DNA from: Octopus sinensis
Taxonomy: Eukaryota
DNA length: 13,832 nucleotides
Direction: 5' to 3'
NCBI RefSeq assembly: GCF_006345805.1
Contig: NW_021825393.1
Location: forward strand, 1 to 13,832
Part shown: positions 1 to 10,043 of the stretch, in pieces
How the letters are laid out: each line of letters begins with the position of its first letter
Numbering within the stretch: the stretch's first letter is position 1
Position numbers and translations under genes: made by a program
Notes under the pieces: generated by a model
Databases searched by the model: none
The model's input: only the letters and a program-made list of their open reading frames with translations
What the model was told of the DNA's origin: nothing

Positions 1-217
1 TGTCTCTGTCTTTCTGTCTCTCTCTCTCTCTCTCTCACCTTTGTCTCTCTCTCTCTCTCCTCTTCCTGTCTTTGTCTCGCACTCTCCCTTTGTCTCTCTC
101 TCTCTCCCTTTGTCTCTGTCTCTCTCCCTTTGTGTCTCTCTCTCTCCCTCTCTCTCCCTTTGTCTCTCTCTCTCCCTTTGTCTGCTCTCTCTCTCTCTCC
201 CTTTGTCTCTCTCTCTT
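1..217. repeat. (CT)n-derived minisatellite with recurring CCTTTGT interruptions every ~20-30 bp
   Basis: Seen directly: TC dinucleotide runs punctuated about eight times by ctttgt. Truncated by the window edge. Confidence 0.9.
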
Positions 218-326
218 ACATGCATCCCGATTGCTTCACGCGCGCTTATACACGCAATGCAAAAGGAAATATATATACTGTTATACACACTCAGAAACCA
301 AATTCCAGTCATATACACCATATCGT

Positions 327-426
327 TCTCTCTCCCTCTTTCTCTCTCTCCCTCTTTCTCTCTCTCTCTCTTTCTCACTCATTCTCTCTCTCATACACTC
401 ACACACACACACACACGCACACATAC

Positions 427-476
<50 letters not shown>

Positions 477-485
477 GACACACAT
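327..485. repeat. Compound (CT)n-(CA)n microsatellite
   Basis: Seen directly: CT run to ~392, then a CA run to ~485. Confidence 0.95.
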
Positions 486-656
486 TTACTCTCTTTCTCT
501 GTCTTTCTATCTTCCCCACCTCTCTCGCAAATACAAACATCACCAACGACGCCATACAGAAGAAAACACACACACACACACACACACAGCTACTTACTCA
601 TGCACAGTCACCCACATACACACATACACACAAACTCACACATATATACACAAATC

Positions 657-973
657 TGGCACTCCGTCGGTTACGACGACGATAGTTCCACTTGATCCGA
701 CCAACGGAAAAGCCTTCTCGTGAAATTAACGTACAAGTGGCTGAGTACTCCACAGACACGTCTACCTTTAAGGTAGCTCTCAGGGAGAGAGGCTGGCCCT
801 TTGAAATACAGGTACTGCTCATTGTTTTTTTTTTTTTTTTTGCCAGCTGACTGGACTGGAACAATGTGAAATAAAGTGTCTTGCTCAAGGACTCAACGTA
901 TCGCCGGGTATCGAACTCACGACCTTAATGATTGTGAGCCGAACACCTTAACCACTTAGTCGAGTACCTTCAC
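657..973 (-). mobile_element. tRNA-derived SINE, family 1, apparently near full length
   Basis: The minus strand begins gtgaaggtac, with a degenerate A box (tcgactaagtgg, 952-963) and a B box (agttcgatacc, 907-917). The central segment 841-897 aligns with 7367-7422. Its minus-strand ccttgagcaagacacttt resembles the CORE-type domain (recalled). No TSD found. Confidence 0.85.
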
Positions 974-978
974 ACAAG

Positions 979-1114
979 CATACATACGTACATACATACA
1001 TACATACATACATACATACATGCACACACACACATACATACTTAAATGCATACATACATACATACATACATACAGACAGACACACATACATACATACATA
1101 CATACATACATACA

Positions 1115-1146
<32 letters not shown>

Positions 1147-1171
1147 CATACATACATACATACATACATAC
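979..1171. repeat. (ATAC)n tetranucleotide microsatellite
   Basis: Seen directly. Confidence 0.95.
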
Positions 1172-1172
1172 G

Positions 1173-1281
1173 TACCTTGTTGATGTCGTTGACATTCCAA
1201 TGAGAGAGCCTTGGATCTAGGTTAGAAATCAGCTCTTTTTCTACAGGCAAGAAATCTTGAAATAAAATTCAATAATGACAT
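1173..1281. repeat. ~115-bp microsatellite-embedded repeat unit, copy 1
   Basis: Shares tacc..tgttgat, ttggatctagg, ggcaagaaat and ttgaaataa..aataatgacat with 1344-1460 and 1876-1991. Confidence 0.85.
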
Positions 1282-1343
1282 ACATACATAAGTACGTACA
1301 TACATACGTACGTACATACATACATTCATACATACATACATAC

Positions 1344-1458
1344 AAGCAAAAATACCCTGCTGTTGATGATGAAATTCCAACGGAGGAGCTTTGGATCTAG
1401 GTCAGAAAACGGTTCTAACCTTATTGGCAAGAAATTTTGAAATAAGGTGAATAATGAC

Positions 1459-1460
<2 letters not shown>
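1344..1460. repeat. ~115-bp microsatellite-embedded repeat unit, copy 2
   Basis: aagcaaaaataccctg...gatctaggtcagaaa...ttgaaataaggtgaataatgacat, followed by (AGAT)n and then (ACAT)n. Confidence 0.9.
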
Positions 1461-1529
<69 letters not shown>

Positions 1530-1870
1530 CATACATACATACATACATACATACATACATACACACTCACATTCATACATACATACATACATACATACAT
1601 ACATACATACATACATACATACATAAAACAGAAATCCTGCACAGACATACATACTTACAAACATACATACATACATACATGCATACATACATACATACAT
1701 ACATACATACATACATACATACATACATACATACATACATGCATACATACATACATACATACATACATACATACATACACCATGCATACATACATACATA
1801 CATACATACATACATACATCATACTACATACATGCATACATACATACATACATACATACATACATACATA
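1461..1870. repeat. Compound (AGAT)n-(ACAT)n microsatellite
   Basis: AGAT to ~1528, then ACAT with scattered interruptions. Confidence 0.95.
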
Positions 1871-1875
1871 CAAGC

Positions 1876-1991
1876 AAGCAAAAATACCCTGTTGTTGATA
1901 TTGAAATGACAAAAGAGGAGCCTTGATCTAGGTCAGAAACCAGTTCTTTCTATTATGGCAAGAATTTTTGAAATAAAGTGAATAACGACAT
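1876..1991. repeat. ~115-bp microsatellite-embedded repeat unit, copy 3
   Basis: aagcaaaaataccctg...gatctaggtcagaaa...ttgaaataaagtgaataacgacat. Roughly 85% identical to copy 2 by eye. Confidence 0.9.
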
Positions 1992-2146
1992 ATATACATA
2001 GTTAGATAGATAGATAGATAAACAGACAGATAGACAGACAGACAGACAGATACATACATACATACATACATACATACATACATACATACATACATACATA
2101 CATACATACATACATACATACATACATACATACATACTTACAAACA
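1992..2146. repeat. Compound (AGAT/AGAC)n-(ACAT)n microsatellite
   Basis: Seen directly. Ends with the same cttacaaaca interruption (2137-2146) as at 1654-1663. Confidence 0.9.
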
Positions 2147-2325
2147 TCTACAAACATAAATAATCCACAAACTAACATACTATGAATAGGTTGAGCAGTT
2201 AAGAGATTTCAGAGTCGGAGGTCATGTTTTATTTATTTTTATATTTTTTTATTTTTCTCTTTTACCTGATCAATTCTTTCTGAATGAATGAAATTTCGTT
2301 ATTGGTGATTACGATCCGATTCCTG

Positions 2326-2328
<3 letters not shown>

Positions 2329-2361
<33 letters not shown>

Positions 2362-2455
2362 ATGTATTTGTGTGTGTGTGTATATACGTATATATACATA
2401 TATATATATATGTTTATATACATCTATCTATTTACCATCTATCTATCTATCTATA
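2329..2455. repeat. Compound (TA)/(TG)/(TATC) microsatellite
   Basis: Seen directly. The TATC run at ~2423-2455 abuts the LINE-like fragment. Confidence 0.9.
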
Positions 2456-2521
2456 AGATGGGTGAATGTAGCGAGGATGGCACGTATGAATGACGAAGCC
2501 ACCTTGAGCATAATCCTATGA
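2456..2521 (+). pseudogene. Putative last 21 codons of a LINE ORF2 (RWVNVARMARMNDEATLSIIL*)
   Basis: Translated by hand from aga at 2456 to tga at 2519-2521. An RW about 20 residues before the stop with a terminal hydrophobic/Leu end resembles Tx1-like ORF2 C-termini as I recall them. Too short to be decisive. Confidence 0.45.
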
Positions 2522-2966
2522 ACCCAGAAATTGAAAACAGAGGGTTACCCACTTGAAAACAAATGTGGTAACATATAACAATATTGACCGAGGTTACCGT
2601 GGTCTTTTTCGTAAGCTTTTCTTCCCACGGATAAACCTTATCTGCTTCCCCCTTTACACCGTACATCATGACACTGTGATACACGATCCCTATTGATAAG
2701 GTTTTTTTTTTCCTATTCCCCTTTTTTCCTCTTTTTTCTTCTTTTTTCCCATTTCTTTTCTTTTGTTTCTTTTCCTTTTTTTCCCTTTTTTTCGTCTTCT
2801 TTTCTTCTTTTTCCCCTTTTACGATCCCTTTTGATCGAAAACCTACGCCACTTTTTTTTGTTTCTTTTGTTTTTTGTTTTTTTTTTTTTTTTCATCCCCC
2901 AAAAGAAAAGCTCTACCTTGTAATTTGTCCCATCTGTGTGCAGCCCTGTGTGGCCAATAAAGAAAC
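2456..2966 (+). mobile_element. 5'-truncated non-LTR retrotransposon 3' end (possibly Tx1/L1 clade), longest copy
   Basis: Short ORF tail, then a T-rich 3'UTR-like region, AATAAA at 2956-2961 and (TATC)n. The last ~150 bp recur almost identically at 4917-5087 and the last ~33 bp at 4263-4295, all sharing the same 3' end. The 5' boundary and clade are inferred. Confidence 0.7.
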
Positions 2967-2967
2967 T

Positions 2968-2974
2968 TATCTAT

Positions 2975-3006
<32 letters not shown>

Positions 3007-3079
3007 TTATCTATCTATATCTATATATATATATATTTGTATGCAGAGAGAAAGAGAGAGAGAGAGGGAGGGAGAGGTG

Positions 3080-3110
<31 letters not shown>
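2968..3110. repeat. Compound (TATC)/(TA)/(GA)/(TG) microsatellite
   Basis: Seen directly. Confidence 0.9.
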
Positions 3111-3112
<2 letters not shown>

Positions 3113-3325
3113 TCGCACATACATAATACATACTTATTCGCGTACACAAATGCAGATACTATGTTGTCTATTAGCAAACACGCGGGTATGCAGGTTAAGT
3201 GATGTTCGTAGACAGACGGGAAGATTTATATACACACCCATGCACACGCACACACTCGCACACAATTGCAGAGAAATGGACAAAAACATAGTTACATACA
3301 ACAGTTCATACACTTAGTAATATAT

Positions 3326-3329
<4 letters not shown>

Positions 3330-3389
<60 letters not shown>
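3330..3389. repeat. (CA)n microsatellite
   Basis: Seen directly. Confidence 0.95.
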
Positions 3390-3405
3390 TATCAAAACGT
3401 ATATA

Positions 3406-3820
3406 GGCGCAGGAGTGGCTGTGTGGTAAGTAGCTTGTTTACCAACCACAGGGTTCCGGGTCCAGTCCCGCTGCGTGGCACCTTGGGCAAGTGTCTTCTA
3501 CTACAGCCTCGGGCCGACCAAAGCCTTGTGAGTGGATTTGGTAGACGGAAACTGAAAGAAGCCCGTCGTATATATGTATATATATTTATATGTGTGTGTG
3601 TTCGTGTGTCTGTGTTTGTCCCCCTAGCATTGCCTGACAACCGATGCTGGTGTGTTTATGTCCCCGTTTCTTAGCAGTTCGGCAAAAGAGACCGATAGAA
3701 TAAGTACTGGGCTTACAAAAGAATAAGTCCTGGGGTCGAGTTGCTCGACTAAAGGCGGTGCTCCAGCATGGCCGCAGTCAAATGACTGAAACTAGTGAAA
3801 GAGTAAAAGAGTGAAAGAGT
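3406..3820 (+). mobile_element. tRNA-derived SINE, family 2, full length with internal (TA)/(TG) microsatellite
   Basis: A-box-like tggctgtgtgg (3416-3426), B-box-like ggtccagtcc (3459-3468), ccttgggcaagtgtctt core-like motif, internal microsatellite at 3568-3615 and a (gaaaga/gtaaaaga)-type tandem tail. The 3' half recurs inverted at 11591-11824. Confidence 0.9.
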
Positions 3821-3900
3821 CTCACATGCACTTATATCTACACAATTATAGTATTCACTGAAGCACATAGTATATATTCAGGCGAACAGACATAGCACTG

Positions 3901-3972
3901 CACACATACAAGTACACATTCCTATATATACACCCATACAAGTACACATTCCTATATATACACCCATACAAG
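3901..3972. repeat. 30-bp tandem repeat, 2.4 copies (cacccatacaagtacacattcctatatata)
   Basis: Seen directly. One mismatch in the first copy. Confidence 0.95.
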
Positions 3973-4070
3973 CATGGACTGTCTTTTATCGTTGTTGATA
4001 TCAAGACTATCTTTACTATGCACTATAAAATCTCTTCTTAACAGAGAGTAACCTCCCTTCGTGCTCTGCA

Positions 4071-4078
4071 TTTATCTA

Positions 4079-4138
<60 letters not shown>

Positions 4139-4396
4139 CTATCTATCTATCTATCTGTCTGTTTTGTCTGTTTGTCTAAATCTATCTATCTATGCTATCT
4201 ATCTATCTATCTATCTATCTAATCCTGTCTGTCTGTCTGTCTGTCTTTCTGTCTGTCTTTCTATCTGTGTGCAGCCCTGTGTGGCTAATAAGAACCAATC
4301 TATCTATCTATCTATCTATCTATCTGTCTGTCTGTCTGTCTGTCTGTCTGTCCTGTCTATCTATCTATCTATCTATCATATCTATCTATCTCTATC

Positions 4397-4439
<43 letters not shown>

Positions 4440-4440
4440 A

Positions 4441-4471
<31 letters not shown>

Positions 4472-4472
4472 T

Positions 4473-4515
<43 letters not shown>

Positions 4516-4524
4516 TTCTATCTA

Positions 4525-4587
<63 letters not shown>

Positions 4588-4592
4588 CATCC

Positions 4593-4678
<86 letters not shown>

Positions 4679-4916
4679 TTGTCTGTCTGTCTATCTGTCT
4701 ATCTATCTTAATAGCTATTTACGTCTGTCTGCCTCTCTATCGATCAACTGATGGATCTATCTATCTGTATGTTTATCTACTCTCCCTACATCTCTCTCTC
4801 TCTCCCTTTCTTTCTCTTTATCTCTTTTCCATCTCTCTTTCTTTATCTCTCTCTCTATGTATGTCAGTTTGACTAACTGTCTGCTTCTATCTATCTATCT
4901 ATCTATCTATCTATTT
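4071..4916. repeat. Long compound (TATC)n/(TGTC)n microsatellite with a CT-rich stretch near 4780-4856
   Basis: Seen directly. Confidence 0.95.
4263..4295 (+). mobile_element. Extremely 5'-truncated copy (~33 bp) of the LINE-like 3' end
   Basis: atctgtgtgcagccctgtgtggctaataagaac matches 2932-2966 with one substitution and small deletions. Embedded in TATC/TGTC repeats. Confidence 0.8.
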
Positions 4917-5087
4917 ATTTTTTTTTTTTTTGTTCTTTTCTTCCCTTTTACGATCCCGCGTGATCGAAAACCTACGCCACCCCATTTTTTTTTCTTTTGT
5001 TTTTTGTTTTTTTCATCCCCCAAAAGAAAAGCTCTACCTTGTAACTTGTCCCATCTGTGTGCAGCCCTGTGTGGCCAATAAAGAAAC
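4917..5087 (+). mobile_element. 5'-truncated copy (~170 bp) of the LINE-like 3' end
   Basis: Near-identical to ~2805-2966, with one substitution over the last ~75 bp. AATAAA at 5077-5082. (TATC)n on both sides. Confidence 0.85.
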
Positions 5088-5197
5088 TTATCTATCTATC
5101 TATCTATCAACATTTTCATGCATATACTCATACCTCGATATAAACATGCCATATATTGTACCACAAAGTATGTGTCGAGTACTTTAGAATTAACAAA

Positions 5198-5209
5198 ACA
5201 CACACACGC

Positions 5210-5255
<46 letters not shown>
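5198..5255. repeat. (CA)n microsatellite
   Basis: Seen directly. Confidence 0.95.
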
Positions 5256-5258
<3 letters not shown>

Positions 5259-5396
5259 GCACGTCGTTACTCCGAGTTTCCCCGGGTGTATGCCTTGGTT
5301 CTGACGAGATCGACTGGATGAGTCATCAGCTTCGAATGAATAAAAATAATCTGCTACAATCGATTAAGATTTGCTATCTTATTTGTTCGGCCAAAC

Positions 5397-6090
5397 ATGT
5401 ATGTATGTATGTATGAATGTATGTGTGTATGTATGTATGTATGTATGTATGTATGTATGTGTGTATGTATGTATGTGTGTAAGTATGTATGTATGTATGT
5501 ATGTATGTATGTATGTATGTATGTATGTATGTATGTATGTATGTGTGTATGTATGTATGTGTGTCAGTTATGTATGTATGGATGTATGTATGGAGCGTAT
5601 GTTGTATGTATGTAGTATGTATGTATGTATGTAGGTATGTATGTATGTATTAGGTTGTGGTATGTATGTATGTACGTATGTATGTATGCATATATGTATG
5701 TATGTATGTATGTATGTAAGTATGTATGTATGTATGTAGTTATGTATGTATGTAAGTATGTATGTATGTATGTATGTATGTGTGTATGTATGTATGTATG
5801 TATGTATGTATGTATTGTGTATGCATGTATGTATGTATGTATGTATGTATGTATGTATGTGTGTATGTATGTATGTATGTATGTATGTATGTGTGTGTAT
5901 GTATGTATGTATGTAGTGTGGTATGTATGTATGTATGTATGTATGTAGTATGTATGTATGTATGTATGTGTGTATGTATGTATGTGTGTATGTATGTATG
6001 TATGTATGTATGATGTATGTATGTATGTCTGTATGTATGTATGCATGTATGTATGTATGTATGTATGTTGTATGCATGTATGTATGAATG
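5397..6090. repeat. ~700-bp interrupted (TATG)n array
   Basis: Seen directly. Opposite orientation to the (ATAC)n arrays at 979-2146. Confidence 0.95.
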
Positions 6091-6390
6091 TGTTTACATA
6101 TATATATATATGTATGTATATATAAATACCCATATATATATATATTATATATATATATATACTCGTATATATGTACATATATATGTTTATGTATGTATGT
6201 ATGTATGTATGTAGGTACGGTTGGATGAATGAATGGATATATAAATACATATATGTATATATGCTTGTATGTATATATGAATGTGTTTATATATGTGTGT
6301 GTATGTGTTTTTATCTATATATGTGTTTATATATATGGCGTGTGTGTAAATATATATTTCTCTCTCTATATTTATATATATATATTTATA
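6091..6390. repeat. Degenerate (TA)/(TATG)/(TG) low-complexity region
   Basis: Seen directly. Confidence 0.85.
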
Positions 6391-6612
6391 CTAAGCAATA
6401 AGGGTCAGCAACGAATTGCCTTACCACATACCGATTTAGAAATAGCAGTCAAAGGGTTATAGCTATTTCTTCTACTAAAAAGGGAGATCTCAGTAAAAAC
6501 AGCATTGGAAGGCTGACACAAACAGGTAAGAGAGAATGAATTAACCGCAATCTATCAAACATTTTTAAAATTATCCACGGACGTACGTTTCGAAATCAAG
6601 TTTTAGGAAAGC

Positions 6613-6661
<49 letters not shown>

Positions 6662-6976
6662 TATACCCGTATATATGTACATATATGTTTATGTATGCAT
6701 GTATGCATGTATGTATGAATGAATGGATATATAAATACATATATGTATATATGCGTGTGTTTGTGTATAAATACAAATAAGTAAATGTTTATTTTCATAT
6801 ATATACATATCCATATGTGTACGTGTGTGAGAGTGTGTGTGTGTGCCTGAAAGTGTGTGTATGTGGGAGTGCGCGTACAAGTTCATATCATATATGTATA
6901 TGTGTGTGCCTGTGTGTATATATGTATGTATGTATGTATATGTGTGTATGTGTGTGTGTGTGTGTGTGTGTGTAGT
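6613..6976. repeat. Compound (TA)-(GA)-(TATG)-(TG) low-complexity region
   Basis: Seen directly. Confidence 0.85.
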
Positions 6977-7286
6977 CACATAGCGATGAGCTGTCAACAT
7001 ATTCACAGCAGGTTTGCTAAACTACATAAATTTTAACCAGCGGTTCTTGCATAAAATTCTAATATTGACAATAAAATATTACTTTATTATGGGAGTATTT
7101 AAAAAAAAAATGTAATATTAAATCGGCATAAAATGCTGAATCCGTGGAAACAGTGATGTTTTCCATCAAGAAAAATTAATCAATACGAAGTGAAGAGTAT
7201 TGAGGAATTTATTCGTTTTTAGAGAATTGTAAAAGACTCCCTTAGGTTACAAATGACCATAGGATTGTAAACTAGTAAGTTCTTCT

Positions 7287-7503
7287 CTGAGGTACAAGTC
7301 CGGGCAAGGTTGTTTATGGAAGACCAGCAGTCACTCATGCATAACAGCTTCCCTTCACCTTATTTCTACGGTTGAGTGGACTGAAGCAATGTGTAATAAA
7401 GTGTCTTGCTCAAAAACACAGCATGTAGCCTGGTCCGAGAATCGAACCCACCACCTCACGATTGTAAGCCTGTCACTCTAACCACTGAGCCATGTGCCTC
7501 CAC
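7287..7503 (-). mobile_element. tRNA-derived SINE related to family 1 in head and core, with a different 3' part
   Basis: Canonical A box tggctcagtgg (7482-7492) and B box ggttcgattct (7438-7448) on the minus strand. 7367-7422 aligns with 841-897. 7287-7356 does not match the 657-820 tail, so the left boundary is uncertain. Confidence 0.8.
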
Positions 7504-7838
7504 TGAGAAGTGTAAAATACAATATTTTGGTATCTTGACCCTTCATCTTTGAGGACAAAAACTGAGGAAGATAAACGCGAACAAATAGATTTGGAGGGAT
7601 TAGGTAGGGTGGTTTAATGTGAGGATTTGTGAGGGCAGATTAGAGGCTTAGGAGTGGAGATGAACGAAAAGGAACGTTTAAAATGTTGAACCGGAAGGTA
7701 TGAACCCGTTTCTCGAACAACCATGCGAAGAATTACAGATAATGTTATGAATAAAAATGTGCCGAAGAAAAAGGAAAGTAATTAGAAGTTAGATAGAGAG
7801 ACGCTACAATAAACAACCATTTATAGATGACAGATTAA

Positions 7839-8611
7839 AGGCGGTGAGCTGGCAGAAACGTTAGCATGCCGGGCAAAATGCTTTGCGGTATTTCGTCTGC
7901 CGCTGCGTTCTGAGTTAAAATTCCACCAAGGTCGACTTTGCCTTTCATCCTTTCGTGGTCGATTAAATAAGTACCAGTACGCTCTGGGGTCGATATAATC
8001 GACTTAATCCGTTTGTCTGTCCTTGTTTGTCCTCTCTGTGTTTAGCCCCTTGTGGGTAGTAAAGAAATAGGTATTTCGTCTGTCTTTATGTTCTGAGTTC
8101 AAATTCCGTCGAGGTCGACTTTGCCTTTTATCCTTTCGGGGTCGATAAATTAAGTATCAGTTGCGTACTGGAGTCGATCCAATCGATTGCCTCCTCTCTC
8201 TAAAAATTTCGGGCTTTGTGCCAAGAGTAGAAAAGAATCGTTAGCACACCGGGCGAAATGTTTAGCGGTATTTCGTCTGTCTTTACGTTCTGAGTTCAAA
8301 TTCCGCCGAGGTTGACTTTGCCTTTCATCCTTTCGGGGTCGATAAATTAAGTACCAGTTACGCACTGGGGTCAATGTAATCGACTTAATTCATATATCTG
8401 TCCTTGTTTGTCCCCTCTATGTTTAGCCCCTTGTGGGTAATAAAGAAATAGGTATTTCGTCTGTCTTTACGTTCTGAGTTCAAATTCCGTCGAGGTTGAC
8501 TTTGCCTTTCATTCTTTCTGGGTCGGTAAATTAAGAACCAGATGCGTACTGGGGTAGATAGCCCCCCCTCCCCCAAAATTTCGGGTCTTCTGCCTAGAGT
8601 AGACAGGATTA
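7839..8611 (+). mobile_element. Four-unit head-to-tail SINE multimer, family 3 (tail order A-B-A-B)
   Basis: ggtatttcgtc recurs at 7887, 8070, 8267 and 8451. Tails alternate between ttgtcc..taaagaaata (A) and aaaatttcggg..agagtaga (B). Flanked by the perfect 16-bp direct repeat atagatgacagattaa (7823-7838 and 8612-8627). Confidence 0.92.
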
Positions 8612-8715
8612 ATAGATGACAGATTAAGTTAGTGAGAGAAAGACTGCTTAAATTTATAGAGAATTGTCAGGCAGAGGTAGAAACAGAAACGCGTAATTCC
8701 TCGTACATATGCATG

Positions 8716-8785
8716 CAAACATATACATACAAACATATACATACAAACATATACATACAAACATATACATACAAACATATACATA
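8716..8785. repeat. 14-bp minisatellite, 5 perfect copies (caaacatatacata)
   Basis: Seen directly. Confidence 0.95.
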
Positions 8786-9047
8786 CACTCAGGCGTCAGG
8801 CTTGTGTTATGTTTAAGGGTTACCCAATCTTTTTCGGAAGAATAACAAAATTTCAAACATTTTTAAAAGGTAAACTTCCAATCGTCTCCTCAAAATTTTG
8901 AGTTTCTTGTCCTCATCGAATGACACGATAATGGCTTCATAATGGAAACTTCAAAGTGACTGTTAACCTCTTTCTTGTAAAAACCACACGGATACACACA
9001 CACACACACATTATATATATATAATTAATATAGACAGCAATGGGCAA

Positions 9048-9190
9048 TCTCTCTCTCGATATAAAACAAAGGATTCTCTGTGTGTGACTGTGTGTGTAAT
9101 ACGTATGAATATCTACAGTTTTCAACCGATTTTCACCAAACTTTACACACACATTACTTATGTGCCACGGATGGTCATGCACTATAGCAT
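9048..9190 (+). mobile_element. Possible 5' remnant of a non-autonomous Helitron-like element
   Basis: A|TC start, then ..atataaaac and a TG-rich stretch, in the same order as the 5' end of 12374-12770. The ccgattttcaccaaactt motif resembles such elements (recalled). No CTRR/hairpin 3' end found, so the right boundary is arbitrary. Confidence 0.35.
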
Positions 9191-10043
9191 TTTGCTCAGA
9201 GCTCTCGAGTAATGCGACAAACTGACCGTGAAAAAGAGTACTCCATCTATTTAAATACACTATTTACACTTCTCACTCTATCGAAAACCGTTGTGTAATG
9301 TTGCTTCACTTCTATTCTTTCACTATTGTGTGTGTTTTTGTGCATTCGACGCGTACGAGATAGTAAAGGACATTTAAAACCACGAAGTCGACGTCCCATA
9401 TATGAGTGTGCATGTCTCTGAGTGTATGTGTGTGGGTGTATGTGTGTATATGTCTCTCTGACTACGTGTGTGTTTCCGCGTTACGTATGCTATTAAGCAT
9501 ACACAAACATCTACACACACATATACACATGTGACGTCTGACATACGTGAATATATGTCTATGTGTCTTTCTTACTATATGTATGTGTCTGTATATAAGA
9601 CTGTATGTGTGCGTATCGTCACAATTTGTATATGAATGTGTATGTGTCTGTGAGTGTGTTTATGTTTGCGCGCCCGTTACCTACGTTATTAAACACACAC
9701 AAACATCTACACAAACTCTTGAAAAAAAAAAAATTATGTGGAAGGTTCAAGTTATATAAAAATACACATCCACGTTCCATTAATAGTTCATAATTATCGC
9801 AGCAGTTGCAAGGTTGCAAGGTATTTACAATTTGCTTATATTTGGTTACTTTACACTGCGTACAAAAAAATATAGACATACTACATACATACAACTGCTT
9901 ACAAAAATAGTTATCAATGAATTTTTTGCTATGTCATATTTTTTTGTTTAAAGTATTGAAAAGAAATATGCCACCAAAGGAAAAACATACTCTTTCCAGA
10001 AACACATATAAATCAAGGAGGAATACAGAATATTGAAGGTGAT

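Noticed and set aside
2713-2895. Lys/Arg-rich minus-strand ORF
   Set aside because: It is the antisense reading of the T-rich LINE 3'UTR.
5261-5335. Second hammerhead candidate (minus strand CUGAUGA...GAAACUCGGAGUA; plus strand CUGACGAG at 5301)
   Set aside because: On the minus strand stem I does not pair and stem II is long and weak with the wrong closing pair. The plus strand has no GAAA box in position.
41-6462. Many long ORFs (SLSL, THTH, MYVC, YLSI, HTYI repeats)
   Set aside because: They are stop-free translations of di- and tetranucleotide microsatellites in several overlapping frames, with no domain content.
6402-6531. Possible exon: open frame 6402-6525 ending at a strong CAG|GTAAGA donor
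   Set aside because: There is no polypyrimidine tract or good acceptor, the peptide is unrecognised, and such motifs occur by chance. Only RNA-seq could revive it.
7430-7503. tRNA-like segment with canonical A and B boxes (also 900-973)
   Set aside because: It lacks a closing acceptor stem and continues into a SINE core, so it is a SINE head, not a tRNA gene.
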